A stretch of DNA of 64,000 nt from Eledone cirrhosa (Eukaryota): the NCBI GenBank assembly GCA_964016885.1, contig OZ024748.1, positions 59,830,001 through 59,894,000 on the forward strand, written 5' to 3'. Below are positions 28,374 through 42,665 of this stretch, piece by piece. The first letter of the stretch is position 1, and each line of letters opens with the position of its first letter. The notes under the pieces are model-generated. The model did no database searches, had not been told where the DNA came from, and saw only the letters and a list, made by a program, of their open reading frames with translations. A program made the position numbers and the translations under genes.

Positions 28374-28600
28374 ACAAACAAATAAATAAGTAAATAAATA
28401 AATAAAAAAAATATATATATAAAAATCTAAGTAAAAAAAATGATAAAATAAAGGAAAATAAATTAAGAATAAATAAATAAACAAATAAATAAGTAAATGA
28501 ATAAAAAAATATATTAAAAAAAAGTATCTAAATGATAAAATAAATGAAAATAAATGAAAAATAAATAAATAAATAAATATTAAACAAATAAACTCAAAAA
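28055..28600 (+). repeat. (AAAT)n degenerate tract
   Basis: Direct reading. Confidence 0.9.
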
Positions 28601-28730
28601 TTAAAAAGGTTACAAAAATATATAAAAAACGATGCTAGATGTTCTCCATGACAACGTCTCCCATAAAATTCGTTGGTGGAAACTAAATACTTTCTATAAG
28701 TAATGTTATTAGTTCTAGTATCACTACTAA

Positions 28731-28834
28731 TAATTGTTTCTACTTTTGGCACAAGGCCAGCATTTATATCAGTGCATTACTGGTACTTTATTTTATCGAC
28801 CCCGTAAGGATGAAAGGCAAAGTTAACCTCGGCG
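28731..28834 (-). mobile_element. 5'-truncated tRNA-derived SINE
   Basis: Reverse complement of the 3' half of the 8263 SINE; TACTAATAAT flanks both sides. Confidence 0.85.
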
Positions 28835-28959
28835 TACTAATAATATAGATTGGTTAGCTGTTAGTAGTGAAGTGTAACAATACCCCGAATAGTAGAGAGT
28901 GCAATATGATGTGCACTTTGAACTATCGATGAGCTTATATTGATATATATGATATATAT

Positions 28960-29001
<42 letters not shown>

Positions 29002-29020
29002 TATACGTATATATATATAT

Positions 29021-29612
29021 ATAGGAAAATGTATGACTCCGACGGCAGAGCTCAATACGTTATATATATGTATATATATATAACGAGGGAAGTGTGGTAA
29101 GGAACCAGATGGACCATAACGGGTAGAAGAGTGGGTCATAGGAAAAAGTGTAACCCCGACGGCAGAGCTCAAGCCGTTATATATATATATATATATATAT
29201 ATGTAACAAAGGAGGTGTGGTAAGGACTCGGATGGACCATAACGCACCAGAGTACTCAATACTTCGGGTAGTAGAGTGGGTAATAGGAAAAAGTGTAACC
29301 CCGACGGCAGAGCTCAAGCCGTTTCGACGGCTATTTCTGGACTATATTAGAATTTTTAGCGTGGCAATAAATAGCCGAACTTTTCAAGGGGTAATTCCTT
29401 ATATGGGAAGATTGTAGTTATCAAAAGGATTGGTGAACATTTCTTGTAAACACAATTAAGTCGATCATGGTGGTAGATATGGGGTGGGGGTGGCTGAACT
29501 TGCCTGTAGAACAATGAGGGAGTGGGTGGAGCCGGTCAAGCGTTGAAAGTGAATTCTATACACCAAATTCTAAGGAGTGTGTATGAAATTATGCTTGGTA
29601 GAAAGCAGGCGA
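29021..29612 (-). mobile_element. PLE family G partial-tandem array (three fragments separated by TA tracts)
   Basis: Fragments 29021-29057, 29082-29178 and 29204-29612 share TAGGAAAA..GT..CCCCGACGGCAGAGCTCAA. Confidence 0.8.
29298..29392 (-). ncRNA. Type I hammerhead ribozyme, U3-A8 core variant (family G)
   Basis: ACCCC-TTGAAAA-GTT CGGCTATTT...AAATAGCCG TC-GAAA-CGGC TTGAGCTCT GCCG-TC-GGGGT; all stems pair, GUC triplet. Confidence 0.8.
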
Positions 29613-29700
29613 GAATATATATATATATATATATATACACGTAGATATATACATACATGCACACAGCACTTACATATATATGCATACACACACACACATA

Positions 29701-29796
<96 letters not shown>

Positions 29797-31733
29797 CATA
29801 CACACACACATATGTACGTATATCTATACATATATATATATACATATATATACCCGCACCTATACATATACAAATATCACATTTTGTATTTTCTTTATAG
29901 CTACATTTTCAATTTTCGTTTGTTCTCGATGTTTTCTCAACGATAAAACAAGCGATATTATATTTACACCTTGCTTCAAACAAATTCCATTTGATGGTGA
30001 AAAGACTTCTCACAGTAAAGTGATTATGTGTAAAGCGAAGCGGAGTGATATCAAGAGTGCAGAGGTGCAACGCCATATTATATCCTTTCTCTAAGAGTAC
30101 ATAACATTAATACAATATGTGTAGACATAAAAATAGAATATAGTATATGGTGTATTACATAGTTACATAGTCTATTTTTTGTTATACATAATGTGTTACG
30201 TTTTGTATGTTACTGATATTGTGAGATCTGTGTGTTGTATGTGTTTATATATATATATATATATATATAAATATATATATAGCTATATAAATAAATAGCT
30301 ATATAAAGCTTTAACCTAATATATCCCTTCCATATACTGTACCGATTGTGTTGTTATTTCTGTTTACCTTTTACACACACACACACACATATATATGTAT
30401 ATATATATATATAACCAAATATTAATATGGTTCATTGATTACTCAATGAATACACTTTTATAATAGATTAAAAGCACTCAACAGTAGAGTTTTCCTGGAG
30501 TTTTTAATGTTATTCAAAATATTAACAAATGAAGATATTCACATAATCAAGATATATTTCGAAGGTACTGTGTTGTTTTTTCACTACGTCCTCGGCAGAT
30601 AAAATATATGATTTGATATATGACTTACCTCTACGGTCTTGATATTTCAATTCCAGTATTGGCAGTGATTTATTTAATCAAATCTCAACATTTATATACC
30701 ACAAATAATAATATGATAAACATAAAGAAGAAAAGGACATGGAGCGCATTAGAGATATAAGAGAGGGTGTAAATAGGAGGAAGGCAAGAAAAAGAAAGAA
30801 AGAAAGAAAGAAAGGAAGAAAGAAAGAAAGAAAGAAAAAAGGAAAAATAAGAAAAATAAAGAAATATATACATAAATATTTAAATGAATAAAAGAAGAAG
30901 AAAGGAGTAATAACGACAAAAGAGAGGGAACAAAATATATGTTAGGATATATAGAAAAACCGTTGTTTTCAAATATTAGGTGAATTGAGGCAACCAATCA
31001 ATTACCATAAAACCATTGAATATCTCTTGTATTTGATTATGGTTAAGCTAATTATACTTATATAGTATATCAAAATTAGTCAATACACATTACTTTTTAT
31101 AGCCGTCACATAATTCCTTTAATTAAAAATTTATATAATTTAATTTAACTCATTATAGATTATAAGTTTAAGTAATATATTATTTAAGTATTTTGTTACA
31201 ACTTTTAAAAAATGTTATCTTTAAAACAAATTAAAACAATTATTCAACATGCATTTAAAATATATATTAAAATACATGCATATCTCACCATCAAGATATA
31301 TAATATATTAAGATCATTTTTTAGCCGAATTATTTATTTAAATAGGATATTTACTTTATAAAATCATTTCCATTCTTTAATTATCATATAATTACACGAT
31401 TAAATTGCTGTTATATTTAATCTCAAAAGTTTTATTCCATTAATTTATATTTACTTCAGTAATTATATATTATTATAGTTTCCTTTTAAAGATATTCTTA
31501 TATTATTAAACTACATAATTCATGTCAAATATAATTTAGTAAGCTATTCAAACAGAATAAAAATATTTACGAAGAATGTAAACAAAAGGAAGATAACTCA
31601 TTCACCATATGTGAACATTTAACTACTCTGAAATCTAGTGATAATTCTAAACCATAAGTCAACAATTGTCAAGTTAAATATTGAACAGAGTGTAATATCT
31701 TCATTTGTTAATATTTTGAATAATATATATATA

Positions 31734-32183
<450 letters not shown>

Positions 32184-32188
32184 GTGTG

Positions 32189-32251
<63 letters not shown>

Positions 32252-32284
32252 GTGTATATATATATATATATGTATATGTATATG

Positions 32285-32317
<33 letters not shown>

Positions 32318-32323
32318 ATATAT

Positions 32324-32410
<87 letters not shown>

Positions 32411-32482
32411 CATAGATATATATATATAGGGTAACAAAGTATCGTTTAAAGTAATGCAGCTTGAGCATTAAGGTCGAGTGAC

Positions 32483-32542
32483 GTAACTTCTGACGATCTG
32501 CAGCTTTTAGACTCACCTGATTAATGAAACAATTGTTAATAC
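32483..32542 (+). ncRNA. Probable hammerhead (family S) in island 32428-32590
   Basis: CTGACGA...GAAA-CAATTG-TT-AA with palindromic stem III; stems I and II weak. Confidence 0.5.
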
Positions 32543-32586
32543 TCTAAATAAACACTTTTGTGCAGCCGACCATGTTATTCCTAATT

Positions 32587-32674
<88 letters not shown>

Positions 32675-32797
32675 ATTTTAGGGGGATCCTAACGCCAAGT
32701 TACCTTTGGTTCACCAAGTTGATTACTCGATGCTTAGTTTCTTGTATGTAATTTGGGGTTGTACTACGCAGAGTCTAATAGTAATATAACAATAAGG

Positions 32798-32879
<82 letters not shown>

Positions 32880-32912
32880 AAGAAATTAAAAGATGGTTAA
32901 AAAAGTTCCATA

Positions 32913-32982
32913 TATTTTATTATGCGCATTTCGAAAACAACATCATCCTGGGACAAAAATTGTGTTCTCATGAGATAAAATA
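32913..32982 (-). ncRNA. Hammerhead family Q, second copy (G5C mutated)
   Basis: TATTTTAT-CTCATGA-GAACACAA...TTGTTTTC-GAAA-TGCGCA-TA-ATAAAATA on the minus strand. Confidence 0.7.
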
Positions 32983-33263
32983 AGGTAACATGATATGAGG
33001 CCTAAAAACACTTGTGAACAAGAAAGTGTCCAGTGGGGATATTAACTTCTTTTAATATTTAGATATGTAGAGAACAAATCTGTTGTTCTATTTAGCTGCT
33101 ATTTTTAGTGGCTAGGTAGACAATACGTCTATGTTTACTTCCGCTTCTACTAAGGGCTGGTTCATGCATAGGTCAAATTTTCGGCCCCATTCGATCCTGT
33201 GCTAGCTGGCAGATGGCAATATGTTTTGCCGTTCCTGGGACTTTTCGTCCTAGGAAAGGAAAA

Positions 33264-33346
33264 TGCTTTCTGATGATCTAAACTTTTCCATTGGAAGTCC
33301 CTAGGGATCTCCAATCTTTTGTGAAGTGAAACCGTCGGTAAAAGCA
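33264..33346 (+). ncRNA. Type I hammerhead ribozyme with long stem II (family P)
   Basis: TGCTTT-CTGATGA-[51 nt incl. TTGGA/TCCAA, GTCCC/GGGAT]-GAAA-CCGTCGG-TA-AAAGCA; perfect 6-bp stem I. Confidence 0.8.
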
Positions 33347-33427
33347 AAAGGAACAGGTAAATATTTAAATTATATTTTTTAATTTATTTAAAAAAATTGT
33401 TTGAATCTTGCTTGCTCCACTTATCTC

Positions 33428-33527
<100 letters not shown>

Positions 33528-34169
33528 AATTGAGAAAAGATCAGAGAAAAATACCTTAAATAAATAAATATAAAAACGAAGAAAAGATGAATGGAAGATA
33601 ATAAAAACATAAAATAAAATCAAACAGGAAAAAGAATGAGAAACAAATAAAAGTAATACAAAAATAAACAAAAAGATGAAATAAAAAAAACAACTATGTT
33701 TTGTTTTGTTTGTTTTATTGTTTTATTATTTCATGACGTCATTATTTGATTAACATATTTATTTTCTGTTCTCATGGTTAAAGAAAATTTATCATAAATA
33801 ACTTAGATTCTTCTTCTTCTTCTTCTTCTTCTTCTTCTTCTTCTTCTTCTTCTTCTTCTTCTTTTTCTTTTTCTTTTTCTCATCATTACTATTAATTATT
33901 TTCTATTAAAAGCTTAAAGGTTAGAAATAATTTGAGTATAGTTGAGCGGATTAAATTGATTAGAAATTATTCGTGAGAGCCATCTGGTGGTAGAGTTGTG
34001 CTTACGAAAGGGGATATAATCCAGAAGCCAATTAGATATGTTGTACAGTCCAGACTGACAGATTTTTAACGATATACAAATACAACTCCGTTAGACAAGA
34101 CAGCTTCTTACAAATATTATTATGACAAGCGAAAAATCTCGGAAAACTTCAGCATTGAGGGCACGCATA

Positions 34170-34976
34170 GGTTGGTGTGTTGACATGTTTGTGTGTTTGG
34201 TGTGTGCGTGTATGACGTGTATGTGTTTGGTGTCTGTGTGTATAGACGTGTTTGGTGTATGTGTGTGTTTGGTGTATGTGTGTTTGTGTGTATAGAAGTG
34301 TGTTTGGTGTGTGTGTGTGTGTGTGTATAGACGTGTGTGTATATGTATGTTTGGTGTGTGCGTGTATGGACATGTGTGTGTATGTGTATGGACGTGTTTG
34401 GTGTATGTGTGTCTGTGTGTTTTCCTGTGTGTGTATTCGTGTTTGTGTGAGTTCGTGTGTGTGTGTGGCCCTTGTGTATGTGTGTATGGACGTGTGTGTG
34501 TATGTGTTTGGTGTGTGTAGGTGTGGGTGTATTTGTGTGTTTTCCTCTGTGTGTATGTGTGTTTGTATGTGTTTGGTGTGTCTGTGTGTGTTTGCCTCTG
34601 TGTGTATGTGTTCGTGTGTGTGTGTTTGTGTGTGTGTGTTTGTGTGTGTGTGTTTGGTGTGTATGTGTTGGTGTGATTTCGTGTGTGTGGGGGCGGGTGT
34701 CAGTATGTCTGTGTGTGCTTTCGTGCTTGTGTGAGTAGGTATGTGTTTGTGTGTGTCTGTGTGCATGTCTTCATGTGTAGGCGTGTGTGTGCTTTCGTGT
34801 TTGTGTGAGTTCGTGTGTGTGTGTGGCCCTTGTGTATGTGTGTATGGACGTGTGTGTGTATGTGTTTGGTGTGTGTGTGTCTGTTTTCCTCTGTGTGTGT
34901 GTGTATGTTTGGTATGTGTGTGTGTCTTTGGTATGTGTGTGTCTGTCTGTGGTTTCCTGTGTGTGTGTGTGTGTGT

Positions 34977-35018
<42 letters not shown>

Positions 35019-35139
35019 TTGTTTTGTGTGTGTGTGTTCACTTGTATTCGTGTGTACGCGTGGATATGCTTTCCTGTGTTTGTATGTGTGTTTGTGTGTG
35101 TGTATGTATGTGAGTGTCTGTGTGTTTGGGTGTGTTTTC

Positions 35140-35172
<33 letters not shown>

Positions 35173-35335
35173 CGTCTCTGTATTTGTGTGTGTGGCCTGT
35201 GTGTGTTTTTGTGTGTGTGAGTGTTACCTTTTGTTTGGGTGAGCGTGTGTGTATGCTCATAATCGTTTGAGTGTGGACGTGTGAATGTGTATGTGTATGT
35301 GTAATCAATGAAGATCATGTGTGTGTGTGTTTATG
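34170..35335 (+). repeat. Degenerate (GT)n cryptic repeat with internal duplication
   Basis: Direct reading; about 80-bp block repeated at 34440 and 34798. Confidence 0.85.
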
Positions 35336-35633
35336 TTGATGTATCGATAATCGATGAACATCATGACTTTGTTTACGTGATTGATCAGACTTTCTGTGTC
35401 TGGTTAGCTTGATTCTGTCACGGAACCCATGCAAGGCACATGGGGTCTATGGTTTCATTTGAAGCCCCGGCTGACCTGGCTTGGCAGGGCACGCATTTCA
35501 TTTTCATTGAATCTCCCTGAGAATTGCGTTAAAGAGGCACAACTCTATTTCCACGTTAAGCTCTTTCGTTGATTAAATAATTGAAACATCGTCGCAACCG
35601 ATGCAGGTCCTTTCCATTTTCTTCCATATCGCA

Positions 35634-35977
35634 TGAGGGCTGGCTGAAGTGTTCATAGGCTGACCAAGATACTCTCATGGAATGACCAAATGAGGTTTTT
35701 TTTTCAACATAATCGCTGGAAAAAAATGATGCAGTTATTAATAAGAAGAGTTGAAATTAATGTATGCAAGATTTCACATCTCTAGCATCATTTCTTCATA
35801 GGGTGAACACGATACTCTCATGGAACGACCAAATGTGGTTTATTTTTCAACATAGTCGCTGGAAAGAAACAATGCAGTTATCAGTAATAAGAAAAGGTGA
35901 AATTAATGCATGCAAGATTTCACCGCTCTAGCATCTCTCCTTCATAGTCAGCTTATGTTAATTTCAGTCTATCCTCG
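35634..35977. mobile_element. Mariner-type MITE with internal tandem duplication of about 145 bp
   Basis: TIRs TGAGGGCTGGCTGAAGTGTTCATAGGCTGAC / GTCAGCTTATGTTAATTTCAGTCTATCCTCG followed by TA; partial copy at 37718-37830. Confidence 0.7.
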
Positions 35978-36304
35978 TAATTGATTTCATTTCATAACAA
36001 TTTTGCTGACTCAAATCAAAATTAAATTAATCCTTGTTGATATGATATTACTTGAACTTTTCCTTCTATCAAAGATTTCTGTTTTAGTTTAAGAACTGAA
36101 GATTAATTAAAACAATTTATAATTAATCGTGGCTTAAAAATAAAACGTTCTGTCAAAGACAGAAATATCCTACTTAAGTTAGAATGAATATTTTATCTCT
36201 GTATTTCTCTCTCTGCTGTTTCTTCCAACTAATAATTAACCATTTTGTATTATTCTATTATGTTTAAACTAAGATCTACTCTGTTTAGTATATTGTTATG
36301 CTTG

Positions 36305-36422
36305 ATAAGGCAGCAAATTGGTAGAGTCGTTAGATCGTCGGATAGAATGTTTTGCGGTTTCCATGTTGGCTCTTTGCTCTCTGAGCTCAAATCCCACCCA
36401 GGTCAATTTACGTTTCATCCGT
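36305..36422 (+). mobile_element. Diverged tRNA-derived SINE head
   Basis: TTGGTAGAGTCGTTAG...CTGAGCTCAAATCCCACC...TTTCATCC. Confidence 0.6.
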
Positions 36423-36534
36423 ACTCTTCATGGGAAGTTTAATTCTTTATAATCTAAGAAAAATTGACCAAGAAATCATGCATAGTATTTCATTTGGTGA
36501 AGCGGCATGCTGCAACAAAAACACGCGTAGCTTG

Positions 36535-36576
<42 letters not shown>

Positions 36577-36580
<4 letters not shown>

Positions 36581-36815
36581 AGGAGTGTAACCAGGAGTTA
36601 CTGTAGGTTCACCCGGGTGAGCACTTGATGTTTAGGTTCACTTTAGTGTCGAGGTGTAGAGCTATACAGAGTGTATTATAGTGAAAAGATAACAAGGACG
36701 ATTGGTTACTCCTTCATTACATTTATTGGTTGGTGACGCGCATGATCAGTAGCGAAACGCGCGTCACCAACCAATAAATGTAATGAAGGAGTAACCAATC
36801 GTCCTTGTTATCTTT

Positions 36816-36823
<8 letters not shown>
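36577..36823. mobile_element. PLE fold-back family M with truncated hammerhead
   Basis: 36677-36741 inverted against 36759-36823; spacer reads ATGA-TCAGTAGC-GAAA-CGCGCG-TC (5' CTG lost at the junction). Confidence 0.7.
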
Positions 36824-36911
<88 letters not shown>

Positions 36912-37037
36912 TACTACTACCTTCTCTTACCACCCAATCTTTCAGGTAGAAGGATGGAAGAAAATTTACTCCAAACATTTGATTTTAATTTTAAACCCTT
37001 AGTTTTTAACTCCTATTAATTCTTTTTAATTTATTAC

Positions 37038-37079
37038 ATTTGATAAGATGGATTTTAATAATACATCGAAACCGGTAAT
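37038..37079 (+). ncRNA. Probable hammerhead, U3-A8 variant (family N) in island 36908-37160
   Basis: AT-TTGATAA-GATG...CATC-GAAA-CCGG-TA-AT; palindromic stem III, stem I only 2 bp. Confidence 0.55.
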
Positions 37080-37152
37080 TCTTCATTTCCGTGCTATTTC
37101 CAACTTCACCTCTTCTCTATATCCACCGTTTTGTATAGAATCCTTACTTCCC

Positions 37153-37243
<91 letters not shown>

Positions 37244-38914
37244 ATACTTGGGGAGGGTCATATTGTTGTAATAATATTGCCAGATATAATAACAGAACAC
37301 ACTCACTTTTGGTTGGTTTTCGCTTCTGTATCTTTTATATATCCATAGTTAATTTATTTGGGTATTTTATCTGAAGCCAGAATAACCTAGCCTTAGAGGA
37401 AAAATATTGCAGCTGAGTCAGCTCCAAGGAGAAAGAAAGGAAATTTTCTGTATTCCATTCCATAAAATTGCTGAAGTATTAAAAGTGAAGAAAAATGTTT
37501 TGTCATTATTCAATATTGACTCCTTACAGATCATGAAAAGGATTGTCGCTTATGCCAACCTGCAGATATATAGTGAACCTATTTATACCTTATATTAAAC
37601 TACAGGTTATACTCTGTATGTATGGCCCCTTAACTCATAAGGGAACGGTACGGCGTGTCTTGGGCATTTTAGACTTGGCGGGGCCCATTCCCTCTCCGGG
37701 TTTTAACGCCATCAATTTACGAGTGCCGACTGAAAAGTTCATAAGCTGACTATGAAGGAGCTGTGAAATCTTGCAATCATTAATTTCAACTATTACTAAT
37801 AACTACATTGATACTTTCCAGCGACTAATATTGTTTCGAAAATAATAAAGAATTTGAAAGTATTTAATGATGTAACTAATTTATCGTCTTTAAACTGATG
37901 TTTGGAGCATAACTTAACAAAAGTTCTTACAAACAATTAAAGATTTATGATGCAAATATTTTGGGATATTTTCGATAATTATAAACATTTTAAAATAAAG
38001 AGCTTACTATCGTAAAACGCGGGCCACTATCAAGTGGTTTGGTATCTTAACAATTAAACAACATGTTGTATTATATGTTAAATAGCAATAATGTTTGATT
38101 AAAACTCGACAATCGATCTTTTTTTGTTTAGAAACCAAAAAAAGAAAAAAAAAATCTTCAATGGTTGGCAGCCTGCAGACATTTAGTCAACTTGCTACCT
38201 GCGTAAACAACAGGATGCATGACAAGAAATCTTCACATTCAACATTAATGCACAATTTTTACAACGGAAGCGTGTGTGGAGCTGTCAATGGTATTGGTAC
38301 GGACATTGACATCTGAAAGACGCTGACTCAGTTTCTACGCAAAATAAATAAATGCAAGGAATGAAATATTTTGTTTTTTGCGTTGACGAAATTTCATTTA
38401 AATTTCATTTAAATTGATTAAAATTCATTTAATTAATAGAAATAACTGTTTGTAAGTAGGTTAATTAATTTTTAATTCTATTTGAAACTCGACGTAGCTA
38501 AATTAAGCAATGTGCAAATGAAATGTTATTTTGAAAAAAAAAAAAAATATAAATAAAAATAAAATAGAATAAAAATAAATAAAATAAAATAAAATAAAAT
38601 AGAATAAAACAATAGAATAAAAATAAAATAAAAATAAGATAAAATAAAACAGAATTAGTGAATAGTGAGGAGATAAATGAAGCAGTCAGTGAGCTAATTA
38701 CAGGAATATTCTAGAGAAAAATTACCCCCTTCTTCTAGCAATACACACAGGCTAAAAAGAGTACATTTCACATATAGATATATTCCATAAGATAAATCAG
38801 TTTTATTTATGAATGAAAAGAGAAGACAAAAATAGGAAAAGAAAAAGAAAGTTAGATGAAATGATGGAAAGCATAACGCACCATCCAGTCTAACAACCAA
38901 AATATAACTGGATT

Positions 38915-39045
38915 GTTAACTGCACGACGCTCTAGCCGCCGGTGTGAGCCTCGCGAGATGGAATGGGTCTTCCAGCACATCTGCCTTACCATCCTTCTCC
39001 ATTCTGTCGGCCGGGGCTGTGGTCCGGCCAACATGTGGGACCCCA
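38915..39045 (+). pseudogene. CRE-clade non-LTR retrotransposon C-terminal fragment
   Basis: SRRCEPREMEWVFQHICLTIL, homologous to 60045-60242. Confidence 0.6.
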
Positions 39046-39525
39046 TTATTTTGTTAATACAGAGAGATGGGGCAGGTGGGAGAGATGGAGGCGATGACAG
39101 TGGGAGTTCACATCGTAATTTTCAATGAAAACTACTTGATGGCTTTTCCTTCCAGCAGGGGAACAACATATGCTGTTACTTACTCATTTATTCTTAATAG
39201 ATTGACTAAATGTGTATGTAGTTAATGTAGTTAAAACCCCTGATACTTAATAAGTTACTTGATTAGTAAGCATCAACACATTGAATCTATCAGGATACAA
39301 ATGGATAACTACATAGTCACACGACTACGCGTATTCACACTAACGTCTATATTTATATATTAAATGTATGATGTGGTATGGTCATGTAACTCCTCAGAAA
39401 ATCGTAGGGGCGCTGTAGTGGTATACGGCATTGCTAGAGCATTTTAAAAAAAACCTTGCGGAGCCCATCTCTTCTCTCCAGGTTTTAATAAAGCAGATGT
39501 CTTCCAGAGAAGAATATATATATAT

Positions 39526-39790
39526 AGGGCCTAGTGGTAAGGGTGTTCGACTTACGATCATAATGTCATGGGTTCGATTCCTGGGTTGCGTGTTGTGTTC
39601 TTGAGCAGCAAAACACTTCATTTCACGTTGCTCCAGTATACTCAGCTTAAAATGAATACCAACAATAGCTGGGAGTTTAATCCTGCGATGGACTGGTGTT
39701 CTGTCCAGGGGAGTCTTGTATTCTCAGTCGCTTCACTCCATGAAACCGGCATGAACACCGGCCAAATGAGCTTTCTGACTTAAGACAGAC
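39526..39790 (+). mobile_element. Second tRNA-derived SINE family, near full length
   Basis: A box GGCCTAGTGG, B box GGTTCGATTCC, core GTGTTCTTGAGCAGCAAAACACTTCATTTCACGTTGCTCCAG. Confidence 0.8.
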
Positions 39791-39799
39791 TTTAGAATT

Positions 39800-39831
<32 letters not shown>

Positions 39832-39877
39832 CGAGAGAGAGAGAGAGAGATTGAGAGAGAGAGAGAGAGAGAGATAG

Positions 39878-39909
<32 letters not shown>

Positions 39910-39934
39910 GTTGTGAGAAAGAGATATAGAGGAA

Positions 39935-40095
39935 GAATCAACTCTAGTACTAGACTGGTACTTTTTTTATCAACCTCGATAGGATGAAAGGTCAAGTTGA
40001 TCTCGGCCATATTTTGGACTGAGAGAGAAGATAACCGAACCGAATGCTACAAATCATTCTATCCAACGTCCTCAACACTCTGCCAATTTGTCGCC
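39935..40095 (-). mobile_element. Diverged tRNA-derived SINE
   Basis: CTGGTACTTTTTTTATCAACCTCGATAGGATGAAAGG...CTGCCAATT. Confidence 0.65.
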
Positions 40096-40452
40096 TACTT
40101 TATATATATAATACAGCTACCAATTATTTTGATTTTAATGCTGTTTTAATTTTGTCGACCAGTAGCCATAAACACTGGTATTATAACACTATTATATCAG
40201 CTTCTACTACAACGCAATATATATTCATTGTTTCGTTGCAGATACATTCTAGACGTGATTTATTACAATTCAAGAAAGTTAATGTAGTCAATATAAAGAG
40301 TGATTAAAAAGATTTCCTAATAAATTTAAGACATTTCAAATATGAACGTACATATGAGTGGCGAATAAACGGTATTTCTTGCGTTTCTCAGTGGTCTGAA
40401 GTAAACTTCCACAGAAGAAGAAGAAGAAGAAGAAGAAGAAGAAGAAGAAGAA

Positions 40453-40665
40453 TGGTTTCTGATTTTAGGTACAAGGTTGGCAATTTTGGGGTAGGAGGGG
40501 AAAGTCGATTAAATCAACCCTAGTGCGTTACTGGTACCTTATTATATTGACCCCGTAAGGGTGAAAGGCAAAGCTAAACTTAGTGGGATTCAAACTTAGA
40601 AGACAAAGAGTCATAACAAACAGCACATTGTCATTTCATCAGACACTCTACCTGTTCTGCCAATC
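40453..40665 (-). mobile_element. Diverged tRNA-derived SINE with (AAG)n tail region
   Basis: CTGGTACC...GACCCCGTAAGGGTGAAAGGCAAAG...CTGCCAATCC. Confidence 0.7.
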
Positions 40666-40714
40666 CTCTTCTCTAATAGGATTTCTATAATAAATGTTGT
40701 GGATGATGATAAAG

Positions 40715-40773
<59 letters not shown>

Positions 40774-40790
40774 CATACATACATACATAC

Positions 40791-41400
40791 ATGGTGGCTG
40801 CCAACTCGTTTTCGAGTACGGCCACTACTTTATATCCATGTAGGAGAACCCCTACCGATGCGCTGAACGAGTGTGACTTTTTAGTCCAGCCAGCGACTTG
40901 AAAACTCTGGTACAAACACTACACTTGTGACAATTATTGACACATAGTGCTTTACCTTTGGTACCATGTGACGACAAGTGCAGAGAGATCTCCAGATACA
41001 AAGCAATGCCTGTGCCATGAAGCTTTTATAGTGAGCAAAGGCACTGCACAAAGCCAGTCCCACTCTCTTAACCAAGATGATATTTACCAAAAAGAAGAAC
41101 AAGTCAACATCATTGGATACCATCAGGGTTGCAGGTGTTATATCAGAGTTTTCCTTCTCCTAGAATTCTGCCTTGACAAAGGCTAAGGGGTCATCTCTCC
41201 CAGTGATTTTGGATGGCCATTGACTCTTAAGAGCTCCTTTGCCCTTTGACAGGTTTTGTTTTTAGTCCTGCAGGATGTCCAAAGTCACCCTCCTCACCAA
41301 GAAACCTTGGTGGGGTTGCCAGTTTAGTCGCCAACGACCCGACCATGAGACAGGTTGTACTGGGATACATGTTACCAATAGCACCAAGTGGTGACCTGAC
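40791..41400 (-). mobile_element. Non-autonomous RTE-type element family K
   Basis: Reverse complement of 13499-14092; flanked by (CATA)n on both sides. Confidence 0.8.
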
Positions 41401-41524
41401 ATACATACATACATATATATATACATACATACACACATATATATATATACATACCACGCCCCAACACATATATATATATATATACATATATACATATATA
41501 TATTTAAGTATATATATATATATA

Positions 41525-42115
<591 letters not shown>

Positions 42116-42279
42116 ACAAGAAGAAAGAAACACATCAACCGTGTAATTGAATAATATATGCTAGAAAACAAACGAATCATAAGCTTACATTTATCAGTAC
42201 ATTTCCCGATATATATACATATATATATACACCAAACATATATAAATCCATATATATATGTATATATACATTTCTATAC

Positions 42280-42340
<61 letters not shown>

Positions 42341-42587
42341 GTATACATAGGCTTATTATTCATTACAATATATAATATTTATCTGCTTCCTCACATAGTT
42401 TTTACCACACCTATACTTTCTTATTTTCTACCATTAGTTTTACAAGAGAATATTTTTACGTATTTCTAAAGCGCTCTCCATCTATATAGAATTATTTCAC
42501 CAGCTGCTATTTCATTATATATCGATTATCTGATTGGCTAGAGGTTCCAAATTCTCAATAGCTATTATATATACATAAATATATGTA

Positions 42588-42665
<78 letters not shown>

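Noticed and set aside
30620-30700. Minus-strand splice donor (GGTAAGT) suggesting an exon
   Set aside because: No open frame joined to a credible acceptor.
34149-35318. 389-aa HT-rich ORF
   Set aside because: Degenerate (CA)n repeat; the same applies to all YI/CV/HT ORFs in the track.
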